DNA of 64,000 nucleotides from Saccharolobus islandicus REY15A (lineage in GTDB: Archaea > Thermoproteota > Thermoprotei_A > Sulfolobales > Sulfolobaceae): NCBI RefSeq assembly GCF_000189555.1, contig NC_017276.1. One strand, 5' to 3'. Shown in pieces: positions 18,283 through 30,765 of this stretch (position 1 is the stretch's first letter; each line of letters opens with the position of its first letter). The notes below the pieces were generated by a model, which was not told where the DNA came from, searched no databases, and saw only the letters and a list, made by a program, of their open reading frames with translations. Made by a program: the position numbers and the translations under genes.

Positions 18283-19680
18283 TCACTCTATTTTCACTTT
18301 CATATCCCTTATATATTCTATATTATTCGAATAAAGTAATCTAATATCGCTGATGTTCAGAAAGCTCATAGCGAGCCTTTCAATTCCTATGCCCCAAGCT
18401 CCTGCTATCTTGTCTATTCCAACCGAACTTAGTATTTCTGGCCTTAACAGTCCAGCTCCACACATCTCCACCCAACCCAATTTTTCCAGATATCCATAGG
18501 CTTCTACGCTAGGTTCCGTAAATGGGAAGTATGCTGGTTTAAATTTGATTTCTTTAATTCCTAACCTATAAAATATTTCCTTTAGAACACCTAATAGCTC
18601 CCTAAACGTGAAATTATCATCTATAATTACACCATCTAATTGGTGAAATTCTATCAAATGAGTTGCATCTATTGCATCTGGTCTGAAGACTTTACCTAAA
18701 GTGAACACTTTTTGAGGTGCCTTTGGTCTTGAGGCTAGGACTCTTGCAGTTGTCGCTGTAGTTTGGCTTCTTAACATTAACCTTAGCGTAATATCTTGTT
18801 TCCATTCGTACTTCCAGAATTTCTCGTGAATTTCCTTTACATTACTTAGCAACTCTTTATCCTCTATATTTCCCAAACCCTCTACTGCAAAGCTATCGTG
18901 AATTTCCCTGGCTGGATGATCTTGAGGTTGAAATAGAAGGTCAAAATTATAAAATTCCATTTCAATATACCCTGTATTAATCTCTTTAAATCCTAAGCTA
19001 ATCATAATATCCTTGACTTTTTCTAGGAATTCTCTAAAATAATGTTTTTTACTAATAGTATAATAGGGAGGAAATGCTTCTACATTATACTTTCTAAGTT
19101 TATACTTTTTCCATTCACCACTAACTATCATTTCTCTTGTAAGATTTGAAATCCCGATCTCTGACTCTTTAGGTTCTTTTACTAACTCTACGTTTACAAT
19201 TTTCCTTTTCTTTTCTTCTATAAGCCCCCTTTTTTTAAGCAAATTTATTGTATTAATATCAGCTTTTTCAAGATTTAATAGAGCAAGATATTCGGGTGAT
19301 GTATAAGTTTTTACTTTAGGTATTACTTTTCCTTCTTTTATCTCTATTAATCCCTTTCTCTTTGCCCAACTAATTGCAATATTAAAGTCCTCATCAAGAG
19401 TATTTTTTATCTCGTTTAGATCTTTTTCTTGTCCATTCAATGAATTTATTAAAATGTCTTCGGGCAGTCCGCTTTCCTTTCTTTTCCTTCCCTCTTCAGT
19501 TAATACATAATATTTCTCAGATATTGTCTCCGTTTTTACATAACCCTTTTCTCTTAGTAACTCAATTAAACTTAAGACCGAACTTTCTGGAATACCTATT
19601 TTTGTTGAAATTTCTATGGAATTTGTTCTTTTAAGATCTTTTAAAAAAAACAATATCTTAGCTTCGTTCTCACTTAACAT
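18283..19680 (-). CDS. pheS: Phenylalanyl-tRNA synthetase alpha subunit
   Basis: QPQDHPARE, VFRPDAIDATHLIEFHQ, YFPFTEPS, GIGIERLAM. Confidence 0.96.
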   Translation of the reverse strand: MLSENEAKILFFLKDLKRTNSIEISTKIGIPESSVLSLIELLREKGYVKTETISEKYYVLTEEGRKRKESGLPEDILINSLNGQEKDLNEIKNTLDEDFNIAISWAKRKGLIEIKEGKVIPKVKTYTSPEYLALLNLEKADINTINLLKKRGLIEEKKRKIVNVELVKEPKESEIGISNLTREMIVSGEWKKYKLRKYNVEAFPPYYTISKKHYFREFLEKVKDIMISLGFKEINTGYIEMEFYNFDLLFQPQDHPAREIHDSFAVEGLGNIEDKELLSNVKEIHEKFWKYEWKQDITLRLMLRSQTTATTARVLASRPKAPQKVFTLGKVFRPDAIDATHLIEFHQLDGVIIDDNFTFRELLGVLKEIFYRLGIKEIKFKPAYFPFTEPSVEAYGYLEKLGWVEMCGAGLLRPEILSSVGIDKIAGAWGIGIERLAMSFLNISDIRLLYSNNIEYIRDMKVKIE

Positions 19681-19685
19681 TCATA

Positions 19686-20369
19686 TCACAACGTTATAGT
19701 TTGACCAGGTTGTAACACTATGGGATTATATCCTTTGTTTTTAACTAGTTTAACAAAGTCATTTACGTCAACTTTTATTAGATCCCAAGTATTGTAGTGC
19801 ATCGGTATCGCGCCTTTTTTAGGCTTAATAAACTCGACGCTTATTGATGCTTGATAGGGGTCCATTGTAAACCTTCCACCTATTGGCAATAGTGCGTAAT
19901 CAGGCTTAAATACCTCTCCAATTAATTTCATATCCTCAAATAATCCAGTATCTCCTGCATGGTATATGGTAATTCCTTCAGCAGATACTATTGCACCAGT
20001 TGGATCACTATGTGTACTTGAATGCACAGCTTTGGTCAATGCAAGCTTTATTCCATCCACTTCTACAAATCCCCCTACATTAGCTGGGATAATACTTTCC
20101 TCGGATATTTTATAGGTCTCCGCCAAGTAAGCTTCCAAATCGTAAGTTGCGTAGAGTTTTGCCTTAGGATTCATTTTTAGTAATTCTACTGTATCTCCTA
20201 AGTGATCGTAGTGGTCATGAGTTACGATTATGATGTCCAAGTTATTTTTAAAATAGTCTATTTTTACCGGGCTTAATGGGTTATCCTTTATCATCGGGTC
20301 TATTATTACATTTTTATTTCCAAATGTTAACAAGGTTGCTGCATGGCCTAACCATCTTAACTGTGCCAT
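19686..20369 (-). CDS. Metallo-beta-lactamase-fold hydrolase (UPF0173)
   Basis: [32 protein letters not shown]. Confidence 0.88.
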   Translation of the reverse strand: MAQLRWLGHAATLLTFGNKNVIIDPMIKDNPLSPVKIDYFKNNLDIIIVTHDHYDHLGDTVELLKMNPKAKLYATYDLEAYLAETYKISEESIIPANVGGFVEVDGIKLALTKAVHSSTHSDPTGAIVSAEGITIYHAGDTGLFEDMKLIGEVFKPDYALLPIGGRFTMDPYQASISVEFIKPKKGAIPMHYNTWDLIKVDVNDFVKLVKNKGYNPIVLQPGQTITL

Positions 20370-20422
20370 ACAAAAGATTTTTATGAGAAAAAAATAAAGC
20401 TTATACCCCGAAAACTACATTC

Positions 20423-21328
20423 ATGACTGAGGATGAACTTAACAAGCTCTTATTAGCAGGAAAAATTGCATCTAAGGCTAGAGATGAAGTTTCCTTAAAC
20501 GTTAAGGCTAATGCCAAGGTTTTAGATATTTGTGAAGAGGTTGAGAGTATAATACTCGAAAATAAGGCATTTCCATCATTTCCATGTAATATATCCATTA
20601 ATTCAGAAGCAGCTCATTATAGTCCAGTTATAAATGATGAAAAGAGAATTCCGGAAGGTGCAGTAGTTAAGTTAGATTTGGGAGCTCATATTGATGGATA
20701 TATTAGTGATACCGCTACTACCATTAGTTTAGACGCTAAGTATCAAAGGTTGTTAGATGCCTCTAAAACCGCTCTTGAAGCTGCAATTGCTAATTTTAGG
20801 GCTGGACTAAGCGTAGGCGAGATAGGTAGAGTTATTGAAAAAATGATAAGAGCTCAAGGATATAAGCCGATAAGGAACTTGGGAGGTCATCTTATAAGGC
20901 GCTATGAACTTCATGCTGGCGTCTTTATACCCAATGTTTATGAAAGGGGATTAGGCGCTATACAATCTGATTCTGTTTACGCGATAGAGCCGTTCGCTAC
21001 TGATGGGGGTGGTGAGGTAGTAGAGGGGAAGGATGTTACAATATATTCCTTAAAAAATCCCAATGTGAAAGGTCTTTCTGCGAGAGAGAGTGAACTGCTA
21101 GATTTTATATATACACATTTTAATTATCTGCCATTTTCAGAGAGATGGCTTAAGGAATTTTCTACCAATGTCGACGAATTAAGAAATAATATAAAAAATT
21201 TAATTAAAAAAGGTGCATTAAGAGGATATCCTATCCTACTTGAGATTAAAAAAGGCGTTGTTTCCCAGTTCGAGCATACCGTTATAGTTAAGGGCAATTC
21301 AATTATAGTGTCTACAAAGTCTCTTTGA
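20423..21328 (+). CDS. map: Methionine aminopeptidase type II
   Basis: [35 protein letters not shown]. Confidence 0.95.
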   Translation: MTEDELNKLLLAGKIASKARDEVSLNVKANAKVLDICEEVESIILENKAFPSFPCNISINSEAAHYSPVINDEKRIPEGAVVKLDLGAHIDGYISDTATTISLDAKYQRLLDASKTALEAAIANFRAGLSVGEIGRVIEKMIRAQGYKPIRNLGGHLIRRYELHAGVFIPNVYERGLGAIQSDSVYAIEPFATDGGGEVVEGKDVTIYSLKNPNVKGLSARESELLDFIYTHFNYLPFSERWLKEFSTNVDELRNNIKNLIKKGALRGYPILLEIKKGVVSQFEHTVIVKGNSIIVSTKSL

Positions 21329-21371
21329 AAAAAGTTTAATTAATTCGAATGAGTAAAGGTTAACGATAAAA

Positions 21372-22502
21372 ATGAGTTTAATTGCTTTAGCACAAACATC
21401 TTTAAATCAAGCAAGTTCTCTTTACTACATTCTAACATATGTACTATTCTTTGTTTTATTATTTCTGCTATATTTGCCTGGTGTTAATACAAGGCTGACT
21501 GTATCGATGTTAGCTAGAGGTATAGAGGGTCAATTAAGTATGATTGAAAGATACTTGAATGAGTCCAAGAGTAAAATGGAGCAGTTATTAAAAGAAAGAG
21601 GTGTTCAAGATCCAAAACCATTTATTGAAAGAGTATCTGAAATGTTTATAATAGATCCAGTAAACGTAGAGCCAACGGATATAATAAGTAGAATGAAGCT
21701 ATTGCTTAGAAGTGGAGAGGATAAGATAAGAGATCTTATAACCCTTATGGTTCCAAATATAGACAACGTTAATAGGAGTAAATTGGAAGTTTCTGCAGAA
21801 GTAGTAAATTCGTTGAATCTAATATACAAAGTAGTGAGGCATTACTTAATCTTAGCTAAAAAGCTAAATAGTGTGGTTCTTCTTTATCAATTACAATTTG
21901 TTGTTCCACAACTTGTCAAGATATCTGAAGCATACTCAAAGGCAATGAGTACTTTCATAAGAGGAATACCAGTAGGGGATTCATTAGGTCCCTTGGTGGC
22001 GGCTTATCTATTTATGAATGCTGATAAAAAATGGAATCCTAGTAGAGATACTGTAGCAGGAGAGGTGGAATTTGAAGGTAGAAGATTGGTCGTAATAAAG
22101 GCTGAGGGTCCTATGGCTACAGTAGGAAGGCCTGGGGAAGCAGTAGAGAATGCTGTAGAAGAGTATAAAGGTAAAGTTACAAGAATTATAACTATAGACG
22201 CTGCGTTGAAATTAGAAGGCGAAAATACTGGGGCCATAGCTGAAGGTACTGGAGTTGCAATGGGTGATCCAGGCCCAGAAAAGATAAGCATAGAGAGAGT
22301 TGCTGTAAGGTACAACATACCGATAGATGCGGTAATAGTGAAGATGAGCATGGAGGAGGCAATTACTGAAATGAGGAAGGAAATCTATCAAGCTGCACCT
22401 AAGGCATTGGAATTAGTAAAGAAGATAATTCTAGAAAGAACTAAACCTGGAGATATAGTAGTAGTAGTAGGAGTAGGGAATACTGCAGGGGTGGCTCAAT
22501 AA
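21372..22502 (+). CDS. DUF1512-like protein (N-terminal TM, HybD/GPR-like C-domain)
   Basis: [39 protein letters not shown]; typical neighbour of map. Confidence 0.75.
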   Translation: MSLIALAQTSLNQASSLYYILTYVLFFVLLFLLYLPGVNTRLTVSMLARGIEGQLSMIERYLNESKSKMEQLLKERGVQDPKPFIERVSEMFIIDPVNVEPTDIISRMKLLLRSGEDKIRDLITLMVPNIDNVNRSKLEVSAEVVNSLNLIYKVVRHYLILAKKLNSVVLLYQLQFVVPQLVKISEAYSKAMSTFIRGIPVGDSLGPLVAAYLFMNADKKWNPSRDTVAGEVEFEGRRLVVIKAEGPMATVGRPGEAVENAVEEYKGKVTRIITIDAALKLEGENTGAIAEGTGVAMGDPGPEKISIERVAVRYNIPIDAVIVKMSMEEAITEMRKEIYQAAPKALELVKKIILERTKPGDIVVVVGVGNTAGVAQ

Positions 22503-22697
22503 ATGTCCTCTAATCAACAACAAACTGTAAGCGTTTACACTGTGATTAAGTGCGTTAATGGGGACTATGAAACGGAGAGACCTTTCCAAGATGGAGATTA
22601 TGTTCTTAAAGTAGTTGGCACTTGTCCAAAGGATGGACGTAACTTATATATAGTAGGTATATACGCAGTGGTGCCTGAGGAAAAGAAGGGTAGTTAA
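22503..22697 (+). CDS. Small zinc-ribbon-like protein
   Basis: Starts immediately after the upstream stop; KCVNGD...TCPKDG knuckles. Confidence 0.65.
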   Translation: MSSNQQQTVSVYTVIKCVNGDYETERPFQDGDYVLKVVGTCPKDGRNLYIVGIYAVVPEEKKGS

Positions 22698-22728
22698 TTT
22701 TTTATATATGTTATGAGTACTTAATCTT

Positions 22729-22851
22729 GCCCACCCGGCCACAGTGAGCGGGCAACACCCGGACTCATTTCGAACCCGGAAGTTAAGCCGCTCACGTTGG
22801 TGGGGCCGTGGATACCGTGAGGATCCGCAGCCCCACCAAGCTGGGATGGGC
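22729..22851 (+). rRNA. rrf: 5S rRNA (stand-alone)
   Basis: GCCCA...TGGGC terminal helix, CTCATTTCGAACCCGGAAGTTAAGC conserved core, upstream TTTATATA box, downstream T-run. Confidence 0.96.
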
Positions 22852-22889
22852 TTTTATATTTCTCTGATTTTAAGATTAGTCTGAGTTGA

Positions 22890-24089
22890 ATGAAGAAAGT
22901 ATATGACGAGATTTATGCCTATATTAAACTTGATGATAGAGAAGCCAAGATAATAGACATGCCTGAGTTTCAACGCCTAAGGAGAATAAAACAGACAAGT
23001 TTAGCATACCTGGTATATCCTGGTGCTACTCACACTAGATTTAGCCACTCATTAGGCACCTTTTATCTTACTACAATTTTAAGTGAGAAATTCAAACAAC
23101 TAGGAATAATAACTGATGAAGAGTCAACCTATCTAAAGTACTCTGCATTACTCCACGATATAGGTCAATTTCCTTTTAGTCATAGTCTCGAGCCTCTATA
23201 TCTAGAAAAAGGATTATCAAATAAGGATTTAAGATATATGATAATTTCCAAGTCCCCTTACTTTAGGGATTTTTTTGATAAAGAGTCAATTGACTACAAT
23301 AAGATTCTAGATATTTTAAATGGAAATTCTATGATTTCATCAATTATAAACAGTGACGTAGATGTTGATAGGATGGATTATCTAGTTAGAGATTCGAGAC
23401 ACACAGGAGTGCAATTAGGCAATATTGATTTGTATAGACTTCTAGATACTATCTTCTATGGGAATAATAACGAAATTATTGTCCAAGATAAAGGCATATA
23501 CAGTTTAGAGAACTTTTTCATATCCAGACTTCACATGTATCAGGCTGTATATTATCATAAGACGATAATAGGTTATGAGTTAATGCTGAGAGAAATTTTT
23601 AGAACTATTCATGATTGCTGCTATTCGTCAATTTTAAGCGTTGATAATTTAAGAGATCTTGTATATGATTCCTCAATATCCTATTGGGATGATGAATGGG
23701 TCTTCATGATCCTTTACACATATCTCTATTCCTCTAACTCTCCCCTTTATTTAAAAGACAAAATAAGGAATTTCTTGGATAGAAGAGGTCCTAAGGTCGT
23801 TTATGAAGAGGTCTCTTATAATAACGAGATGAAAGGAGGAGATGTTGAGATTAAGGAGCTAGTTGACCGATTAGAGAGAAATCAAATTCCTAGGACTTCA
23901 ATATATCCCATTGAGGAAAAAATAAAAATACTCAGTAAGGATAAAATAAATATAATTTTGAAGAATAATGAGATTAATATACTTAAGTATAAATCCACGT
24001 TAATTAATCATATACCAGAGACTTTAACTATTAGAAGAATTTATGTAGATCATGAATACGCCAAGAGAGCTAGAGATGTCGTTCCATGA
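22890..24089 (+). CDS. HD-domain phosphohydrolase (dNTP triphosphohydrolase/SAMHD1-like)
   Basis: [35 protein letters not shown]. Confidence 0.88.
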   Translation: MKKVYDEIYAYIKLDDREAKIIDMPEFQRLRRIKQTSLAYLVYPGATHTRFSHSLGTFYLTTILSEKFKQLGIITDEESTYLKYSALLHDIGQFPFSHSLEPLYLEKGLSNKDLRYMIISKSPYFRDFFDKESIDYNKILDILNGNSMISSIINSDVDVDRMDYLVRDSRHTGVQLGNIDLYRLLDTIFYGNNNEIIVQDKGIYSLENFFISRLHMYQAVYYHKTIIGYELMLREIFRTIHDCCYSSILSVDNLRDLVYDSSISYWDDEWVFMILYTYLYSSNSPLYLKDKIRNFLDRRGPKVVYEEVSYNNEMKGGDVEIKELVDRLERNQIPRTSIYPIEEKIKILSKDKINIILKNNEINILKYKSTLINHIPETLTIRRIYVDHEYAKRARDVVP

Positions 24090-24772
24090 TAAAATTAGTT
24101 TTAATGGATTTAGATGGAACGTTAACCGAAGATAGGGATTCTACGAGAATTGACCTAGATGCAATTTACGCAATAAGGCTCTTGCAGGAAAAAAGGATTA
24201 AAGTAGGTTTAGTTAGCGGAAATTCTTACCCAATCCTTAGAGGGCTTTACACATATCTTTATTTAGATGGTGGAATTGTCGCAGAAAACGGATGTATAGT
24301 ATTTTACAAGGAAAAATATAGGTTATGTAAACAAATGGATAAGAGTCTAGTAATTGAATTTAAATCTCTATTTAAGTTAAGGGATACATGGCAAAATGAG
24401 TATAGAGAATGTGATTTTGGTTTCGTCCCCGCAAAATTAACTGATGAAATGATAAATTGGGCTAAAGAAAAGAATCTGTATATTAAAAGTAGTGGATATG
24501 CTGTTCATATTGCATATAATGCAGCAGGGAAAAGTGTAGGAGTGGAAAAGTTGCTTCAATTACAAGGTTTAAAGAAAGAAGATGTAGCAGCTATCGGTGA
24601 TTCGTCAACTGATATAGAATTGTTTCAACAAGTAGGATTTAAAGTAGCAGTAGGAAATGCGGATGATGAACTGAAAGATATAGCTGATTATATAACAAGT
24701 AATAAAAGCGGAAAAGGTGTAAGGGAATTTGTGGATAAATTACTAAAAGGGGAGCTTGATGTCCTCAAGTGA
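24086..24772 (+). CDS. HAD-family phosphoglycolate phosphatase (archaeal type)
   Basis: DLDGTLT, AENG, K motif, GDSSTD, AVGNA. Confidence 0.85.
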   Translation: MIKLVLMDLDGTLTEDRDSTRIDLDAIYAIRLLQEKRIKVGLVSGNSYPILRGLYTYLYLDGGIVAENGCIVFYKEKYRLCKQMDKSLVIEFKSLFKLRDTWQNEYRECDFGFVPAKLTDEMINWAKEKNLYIKSSGYAVHIAYNAAGKSVGVEKLLQLQGLKKEDVAAIGDSSTDIELFQQVGFKVAVGNADDELKDIADYITSNKSGKGVREFVDKLLKGELDVLK

Positions 24773-26486
24773 ACTACGGGAAATTATATATAAATACGCT
24801 CTTCAAAACGCGGTAAAGCATGATGGTAAAGCTGAAGCGGGCCCGGTGATGAGTAAGATCATAGCAGAGAGGCCGGAATTAAGATCTAATGCAAAAGAAA
24901 TAGTAAAAATTGTCAAGGAGATTATAGATCAAGTTAATTCACTAACCTTGGAGCAACAAATAGCTGAAATTGAGACTAAGTATCCTGAGTTATTAGAAGA
25001 GAAGAAGCACGAAGAAAAAAAGAAAATATTACCACCCCTTCCTAACGTTAAAGGACAAGTGGTAACTAGGTTCGCACCTAATCCAGACGGTCCTCTTCAT
25101 TTAGGAAATGCCAGAGCTGCTATCTTATCTTACGAATACGCCAAGATGTATAACGGTAAATTCATACTGAGGTTTGATGATACGGATCCTAAGGTTAAAA
25201 GACCAATTCTAGACGCATATGATTGGATTAAGGAGGATCTAAAATGGTTGGGGATTAAATGGGAACAAGAGCTTTACGCTTCAGAGAGACTTGAGGTATA
25301 CTACAAGTATGCTCGTTATCTGATAGAAAAGGGACATGCTTATGTTGATACATGTGATTCTAGTACTTTCAAGAAGTTTAGAGACAGTAGAGGCAAGATG
25401 AGGGAGCCAGAATGTCTACATAGAAGCTCTTCACCAGAGAGTAACCTAGAACTTTTTGAAAAAATGCTAGAAGGAATGTTCAAAGAGGGAGAAGCTGTGG
25501 TTAGGTTAAAGACCAATTTAATGGATCCGGATCCCTCTCAAATAGACTGGGTAATGCTTAGGATAATTGATACTACTAAAAATCCTCATCCACGAGTAGG
25601 GAGTAAGTATTATGTATGGCCTACCTATAATTTCGCTTCTATAATAGATGATCATGAACTTGGTGTTACTCATATATTAAGAGCTAAAGAACATATGTCG
25701 AATACGGAAAAACAGAGGTACATTTCTGAGTATATGGGATGGGAATTTCCAGAAGTCTTACAGTTTGGGAGACTAAAACTTGAGGGTTTTATGATGAGTA
25801 AGTCGAAAATAAGAGGAATGCTAGAGAAGGGTGCCAATAGGGATGATCCTAGGCTACCAACTTTGGCTGGACTCAGAAGAAGGGGAATCTTACCAGATAC
25901 TATTAAAGATGTGATAATTGATGTTGGAGTAAAGGTAACTGATGCTACTATAAGTTTCGAAAACATTGCTGCGATTAATAGGAAAAAATTAGATCCAGTA
26001 GCTAAAAGAATAATGTTCATAAAAGATGGGGAAGAGTTTGCCATTGAGCTACCTCAAATGTTGAAAGCTAAGATACCCTTAATTCCTTCTAAACAAGAGG
26101 AAGTGGATAGAACTATCATTGTTAATTCTGGTGATAAAATTTTGATAGAATCTATCGATGCAGAGGATGGTAGCATATTGAGGTTAATGGAGTTGTGTAA
26201 TGTCAGAGTTGATAAGCGTAATCGTAAGCTTGTTTTTCACAGTAAGACGTTAGATGAGGCTAAGAAAGTCAATGCAAGAATAGTTCAATGGGTAAAATCG
26301 GACGAAAAAGTTCCAGTAATAGTAGAAAAAGCGGAAAGAGATGATATAAAAATAATAAATGGTTATGCAGAAAGAATTGTAAAGGATTTGGAGATAGATG
26401 AAATTGTGCAATTTTATAGATTTGGATTTGTAAGAGTGGACAAGAAAGACGGTAATATGGTCTCTGTAATCTTTTCACACGATTAA
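24759..26486 (+). CDS. gltX: Glutamyl-tRNA synthetase (archaeal, non-discriminating type)
   Basis: [14 protein letters not shown] (HIGH), RFDDTDP, MSKS. Confidence 0.96.
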   Translation: MSSSELREIIYKYALQNAVKHDGKAEAGPVMSKIIAERPELRSNAKEIVKIVKEIIDQVNSLTLEQQIAEIETKYPELLEEKKHEEKKKILPPLPNVKGQVVTRFAPNPDGPLHLGNARAAILSYEYAKMYNGKFILRFDDTDPKVKRPILDAYDWIKEDLKWLGIKWEQELYASERLEVYYKYARYLIEKGHAYVDTCDSSTFKKFRDSRGKMREPECLHRSSSPESNLELFEKMLEGMFKEGEAVVRLKTNLMDPDPSQIDWVMLRIIDTTKNPHPRVGSKYYVWPTYNFASIIDDHELGVTHILRAKEHMSNTEKQRYISEYMGWEFPEVLQFGRLKLEGFMMSKSKIRGMLEKGANRDDPRLPTLAGLRRRGILPDTIKDVIIDVGVKVTDATISFENIAAINRKKLDPVAKRIMFIKDGEEFAIELPQMLKAKIPLIPSKQEEVDRTIIVNSGDKILIESIDAEDGSILRLMELCNVRVDKRNRKLVFHSKTLDEAKKVNARIVQWVKSDEKVPVIVEKAERDDIKIINGYAERIVKDLEIDEIVQFYRFGFVRVDKKDGNMVSVIFSHD

Positions 26487-26845
26487 TCTCCTCCATGTAA
26501 CCCAAGGAGATTTTTATTATCGATTTAACGTTATACCTAGTCATTTAAGTGGCACATGAGAGGAACATAGATGATGTCATCATTAAGCTATTTATATTTC
26601 TATATTAAAATAAGGCATACAATAACTTTATCTTAGTATCTTCTCGACCTAGAGATTAGCCTCAATTAATGAAATTATATACAAATGGCGACACTATCGG
26701 AACATAGAACAAAAACTCTCAATATAAATATAGAAATTTATATTTATAGACTCCAAAACCTGGATGACACCTATCTCCACCTAAAAGGGCTAAGCTTTTG
26801 CCTTATTCTATAGTAAACTTTATTTTTTGCTACTACTTTTAAAGA

Positions 26846-26878
26846 GTTGCGTGACGAAACTAGAGGAGGATGAACGCG
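26846..26878 (+). promoter_or_regulatory. K-turn in the rpl7ae 5' UTR (autoregulatory L7Ae site)
   Basis: GCGT-GA (26849-54) pairs with GA-ACGC (26872-77), with a GAT bulge, overlapping the GGAGG Shine-Dalgarno. Confidence 0.7.
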
Positions 26879-27262
26879 ATGTCAAAAGCTAGTTATGTTA
26901 AGTTTGAAGTACCGCAAGATCTAGCAGATAAGGTATTGGAGGCAGTAAGAAAAGCTAAGGAAAGTGGAAAAATAAAGAAAGGTACAAATGAGACAACAAA
27001 AGCAGTAGAAAGGGGACAAGCTAAATTAGTAGTTATTGCTGAAGATGTACAACCAGAGGAAATAGTTGCACACTTACCATTGCTATGCGATGAGAAAAAG
27101 ATACCTTATGTGTACGTTTCCTCTAAAAAAGCTTTAGGTGAAGCTTGTGGGTTGCAAGTGGCTACAGCATCTGCTGCTATCTTAGAGCCTGGCGAGGCTA
27201 AGGATTTAGTTGACGAAATAGTTAAGAGAGTAAACGAAATTAAAGGTAAAACTTCAAGTTAA
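26879..27262 (+). CDS. rpl7ae: Ribosomal protein L7Ae
   Basis: [29 protein letters not shown]; second ATG (26879) follows GGAGG and is the likely start. Confidence 0.97.
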
Positions 27263-27325
27263 ATCCAACAATATTTTTTACCAGTAAACTTATTTTGTTT
27301 TTAGTCCTATCTAATAATTAGTTAT

Positions 27326-27464
27326 GGGCCCGTAGCTTAGCCAGGTAGAGTGCTGGGCTCCAGATATTAATGCTAGACATTGGGTCTAAAGACCCTTTAT
27401 GGGGATGAAGTGTATCTGGAGAGGAGAGACCCAGTGGTCGCGGGTTCGAGTCCCGCCGGGCCCA
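27326..27464 (+). tRNA. tRNA-Trp(CCA) with 65-nt intron (27364..27428) at 37/38
   Basis: Cloverleaf: acceptor GGGCCCG/CGGGCCC, anticodon stem CTGGG/CCCAG, CCA at 27360-62; BHB helix CTCC/GGAG with AG|A bulge. Confidence 0.95.
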
Positions 27465-27521
27465 TACATCTAAACGAAAAAGAAGACAGACTTTAATTTT
27501 TGTCAAGTTATCTAATTGTTG

Positions 27522-29000
27522 ATGAACTGGGACGAAAGGAGAATAAAAATCGTTGAAGAATTAAGAAAAAATGGCATTGAGCCATATCCTCATAAATACG
27601 AAATAACACATTTGATCAAAGATATTAAGCTTCTTGCATCATCACAAGGTAACAAATCCCATGAGCCATTTATGTTTAATATATCTACAGCAGGGCGTGT
27701 AGCTAATATCAGAAGGCATGGAAAAGCATCATTTGTAGATATATTTGATGAAGGTGAGAAATTACAAATATATATGAGGGTTGATGAGCTTAAAGAGAAA
27801 TATGACAGATTCTTCACATACGTTGGTAGAGGGGATATAATAGGTGTAAGAGGTGATTTATTTTATACCATGAAGGGAGAATTAAGCCTACTCGTAAAGG
27901 ATTACCAATTATTATCGAAAGCCCTTATAGAACCTCCAGATTGGTCTAAACTTTCCCCAGAATTTAGATATGCGCATAGATATGTGGATTTCCTCTATAA
28001 TGATAATGCTAGGAAGGCTATGGAAATAAGATATATGATCATAAGAGAAATTAGAGAGTTTCTCTATTCTAAAGGCTTTATTGAAGTTGAAACGCCTATT
28101 GTTCAACCAGTATATGGTGGGGCATTAGCAAAACCGTTTAAAACACATGTAAATTACTTAAACGAAGATTGGTACTTAAGAATAGCATTAGAATTGTACT
28201 TAAAAAGGTATATAATAGGCGGATTTAACAAAGTTTTCGAAATAGGGAAGGTCTTTAGAAACGAAGATATTGATGTAACTCATAACCCTGAGTTTACTCT
28301 CTTAGAGCTCTATTGGGCATACGCTGACTACAATGATATAATGAATTTAACTGAAGATCTACTTAAAAGTGTGATCAAAAGGGTTACAAATAGTACTAAG
28401 GTAGCATATGGAAAATATGAAATAGACTTTGAAGCTCCCTTCAAGAGAATCAGTATGTATGATTCTTTATCTGAAATTTTAGGCAAGAACGTTGAAAATA
28501 TGAGTGATGATGAACTTAAGGAGCTAATGAAAAAATATAATCTAATTCCTAGAGGAAACCAGTATGTTAGAGGTCTAATGATAGAGAAATTATTCGATAA
28601 ACTAGTTACACCCACTTTAACCAACCCAACCTTTATAACTGATTATCCAATAGAGACTACACCCCTTTGTAAACCACATAGGAATAAACCTGGACTAGTA
28701 GAAAGATTCGAGATGTTCATAGCAGGCATGGAGATTGCAAATGCGTACACGGAACTGAATGATCCTATATTACAAGATAAACTATTTAGAGAAGAACAAG
28801 AGATGTTTAGAAGAGGAGATGAGGAGGCTCATCCTTACGATAAGGATTTTGTAAGGGCCTTGAGTTATGGAATGCCACCTACTGGAGGTTTAGGTATTGG
28901 TATAGATAGAATAGTTATGTTAGTGACAAATAATTACAGCATCAAAGAAGTTATTCCTTTCCCCATGATAAGTAGTAAGGTTATCCTACAGGACGATTAG
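27522..29000 (+). CDS. lysS: Lysyl-tRNA synthetase class II
   Basis: OB-fold anticodon domain, [36 protein letters not shown]. Confidence 0.96.
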   Translation: MNWDERRIKIVEELRKNGIEPYPHKYEITHLIKDIKLLASSQGNKSHEPFMFNISTAGRVANIRRHGKASFVDIFDEGEKLQIYMRVDELKEKYDRFFTYVGRGDIIGVRGDLFYTMKGELSLLVKDYQLLSKALIEPPDWSKLSPEFRYAHRYVDFLYNDNARKAMEIRYMIIREIREFLYSKGFIEVETPIVQPVYGGALAKPFKTHVNYLNEDWYLRIALELYLKRYIIGGFNKVFEIGKVFRNEDIDVTHNPEFTLLELYWAYADYNDIMNLTEDLLKSVIKRVTNSTKVAYGKYEIDFEAPFKRISMYDSLSEILGKNVENMSDDELKELMKKYNLIPRGNQYVRGLMIEKLFDKLVTPTLTNPTFITDYPIETTPLCKPHRNKPGLVERFEMFIAGMEIANAYTELNDPILQDKLFREEQEMFRRGDEEAHPYDKDFVRALSYGMPPTGGLGIGIDRIVMLVTNNYSIKEVIPFPMISSKVILQDD

Positions 29001-30135
29001 AGAGAAATATTGCAAATATAAAGATCAAGAAGAATAGTGACTGTAAATAATATGAAATTTTTTCGCCGTTACTTTCTCCCAGTACTCTCTTTAATAATTC
29101 AGTGAAGAGTTTTCCTCCATCCGTTATTATAAGGGGTGCAGCATTAAATATAGCTAAGCTGAAATTCACTATAAATAGCCATGTAAAGAACGTTAAAATT
29201 GCAATCAAATAATCTGGAATATAATACGTTACATACACTCCCAAAAGGTGATCAAGTACGTTAACAGTTACATTACTCAAAGTACCATTAGGATGTTTAA
29301 GAGTTATAAAGACGGTATTGTATTTATAAAGAAGTTCATGAAGCTGGGATAATGTTGTTACACGATAACCATTTATATAGCATATCACATCACCGGCATG
29401 AATTGATGCATTAGCAGCCGGAGAGTTATTAACTATTCCCTCTATCATTATTCCTTGAGATAGTTCTGAAGGTAAATATGGAAGTTCAAAGGAAAACGGA
29501 AGTGCTATTAGTGCTAAAACCAAGTTAATCACTATTCCTGCAGCAATTATTTTAAGTTTTGCATCAGTTGTGGATTTATTAAAATCATCTTCGTCTGGTT
29601 CTACAAATGCTCCAGGAAATATTCCAAGTAATAGAACTCCTCCATTTTTTACCTTTACATTATTTGATGTGGCGGACAATGCATGAAAAATCTCGTGTAT
29701 AGCTACTGAAACTCCTATAGCTAGTAATATGTAGGGTAACTGGGAAATACTTATCGTTAAACCTGGAATTATTGGTTTTAGCGCTATTGTCGGAGTTTGA
29801 TTGGGTTTGATGGTCAGCATTTCTATTATTACATATAATATTGTTGAAATTCCAGCTATCATAAGTAAAAAACCTAAAGGTAGGGCAATTTTTTCATAAA
29901 CTCTATAACCTTTTGATCTGGAAAATCTAGGAAACCAATATTCCCTGGCTTTTTTCCTCCATAATATAAAAAATGGATAAACTGTTAGGTTATATTTCTC
30001 TAGTTTTCTTCTAAAAACATAGATAATTAGCCAAAAGGATAAGAATATCGTTACAGCTAGGTATATTTGATCCACAAATCTAATAATGTATTTAGAAATT
30101 AAAAAGATGTGCAAATAGATTATACGGAGCGTCAT
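28981..30135 (-). CDS. Site-2 (M50) intramembrane metalloprotease with PDZ domain
   Basis: HEIFH, GAFVEPD, PDZ ([13 protein letters not shown]), [11 protein letters not shown]; real start probably about 20 codons inside the ORF. Confidence 0.88.
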   Translation of the reverse strand: MTLRIIYLHIFLISKYIIRFVDQIYLAVTIFLSFWLIIYVFRRKLEKYNLTVYPFFILWRKKAREYWFPRFSRSKGYRVYEKIALPLGFLLMIAGISTILYVIIEMLTIKPNQTPTIALKPIIPGLTISISQLPYILLAIGVSVAIHEIFHALSATSNNVKVKNGGVLLLGIFPGAFVEPDEDDFNKSTTDAKLKIIAAGIVINLVLALIALPFSFELPYLPSELSQGIMIEGIVNNSPAANASIHAGDVICYINGYRVTTLSQLHELLYKYNTVFITLKHPNGTLSNVTVNVLDHLLGVYVTYYIPDYLIAILTFFTWLFIVNFSLAIFNAAPLIITDGGKLFTELLKRVLGESNGEKISYYLQSLFFLIFIFAIFLSNRPVG

Positions 30136-30765
30136 TGGAAAATCTTAAATGGCAAGAGAAAGATAGCCATTGAAATCCTTTCACTCTTGAAACAATATGG
30201 GATGGAAGGTTATGTTTATGGCTCTGTTGCTCGTGGTGATGTAAATGAGAAAAGCGACGTAGATGTTATAGTATTTAACCCTAATCAAATCGTATTGGAT
30301 ACACTTAATGTAAATCATAAGTATATCGTTCAAGCTACACCAAATTCCGTGCCTAAGGCATATTTATCAATAGATGAAGAAGAAACTATAGTTATTTCCT
30401 TTCCATTGGGCAGATTAAGGAGAAATGAGATTGAGTTTTATTCATTTGGCGGTCTAGTAGATTTAAAGGATCTTCTAGAAAATAGAAGAGTCCCTGGCGT
30501 TAATAAGAAACTAATGCTAATAATCCCAACTGAAAACGGTCATATGGAAATTCCATTGGAAGGAAATGAGGATTACGTTTCAAAACTTCTTAAGATTTCA
30601 CTAGATACTATAATGGAGAGAAAAAGGTTATTGACTAAGAGAATTGAGCGAGGACACACTGGCATTTTTTTGAGATATGATTTAAGCGGTAACGAAAGTA
30701 TTTATGATGCATTTAACAAGATGTATAAGTCCAACAAATTTTTCAAGAGGATGGTAGATGTCTGA
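30109..30765 (+). CDS. Pol-beta-superfamily nucleotidyltransferase (COG2413-like)
   Basis: YGSVARGDVNEKSDVDV motif. Confidence 0.85.
   Translation: MQIDYTERHWKILNGKRKIAIEILSLLKQYGMEGYVYGSVARGDVNEKSDVDVIVFNPNQIVLDTLNVNHKYIVQATPNSVPKAYLSIDEEETIVISFPLGRLRRNEIEFYSFGGLVDLKDLLENRRVPGVNKKLMLIIPTENGHMEIPLEGNEDYVSKLLKISLDTIMERKRLLTKRIERGHTGIFLRYDLSGNESIYDAFNKMYKSNKFFKRMVDV

Noticed and set aside
26540-26600. ATGATGA box C with an upstream TATA on the minus strand (ATGATG-T-CATCAT palindrome)
   Set aside because: No CTGA or GA-ending D boxes at usable spacing.
26685-26813. 42-codon ORF in the gltX-rpl7ae gap
   Set aside because: AT-rich, no RBS or motif, and overlaps the rpl7ae promoter region.
27318-27506. 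62-aa ORF on the minus strand
   Set aside because: Antisense reading of tRNA-Trp (RDSNP pattern).
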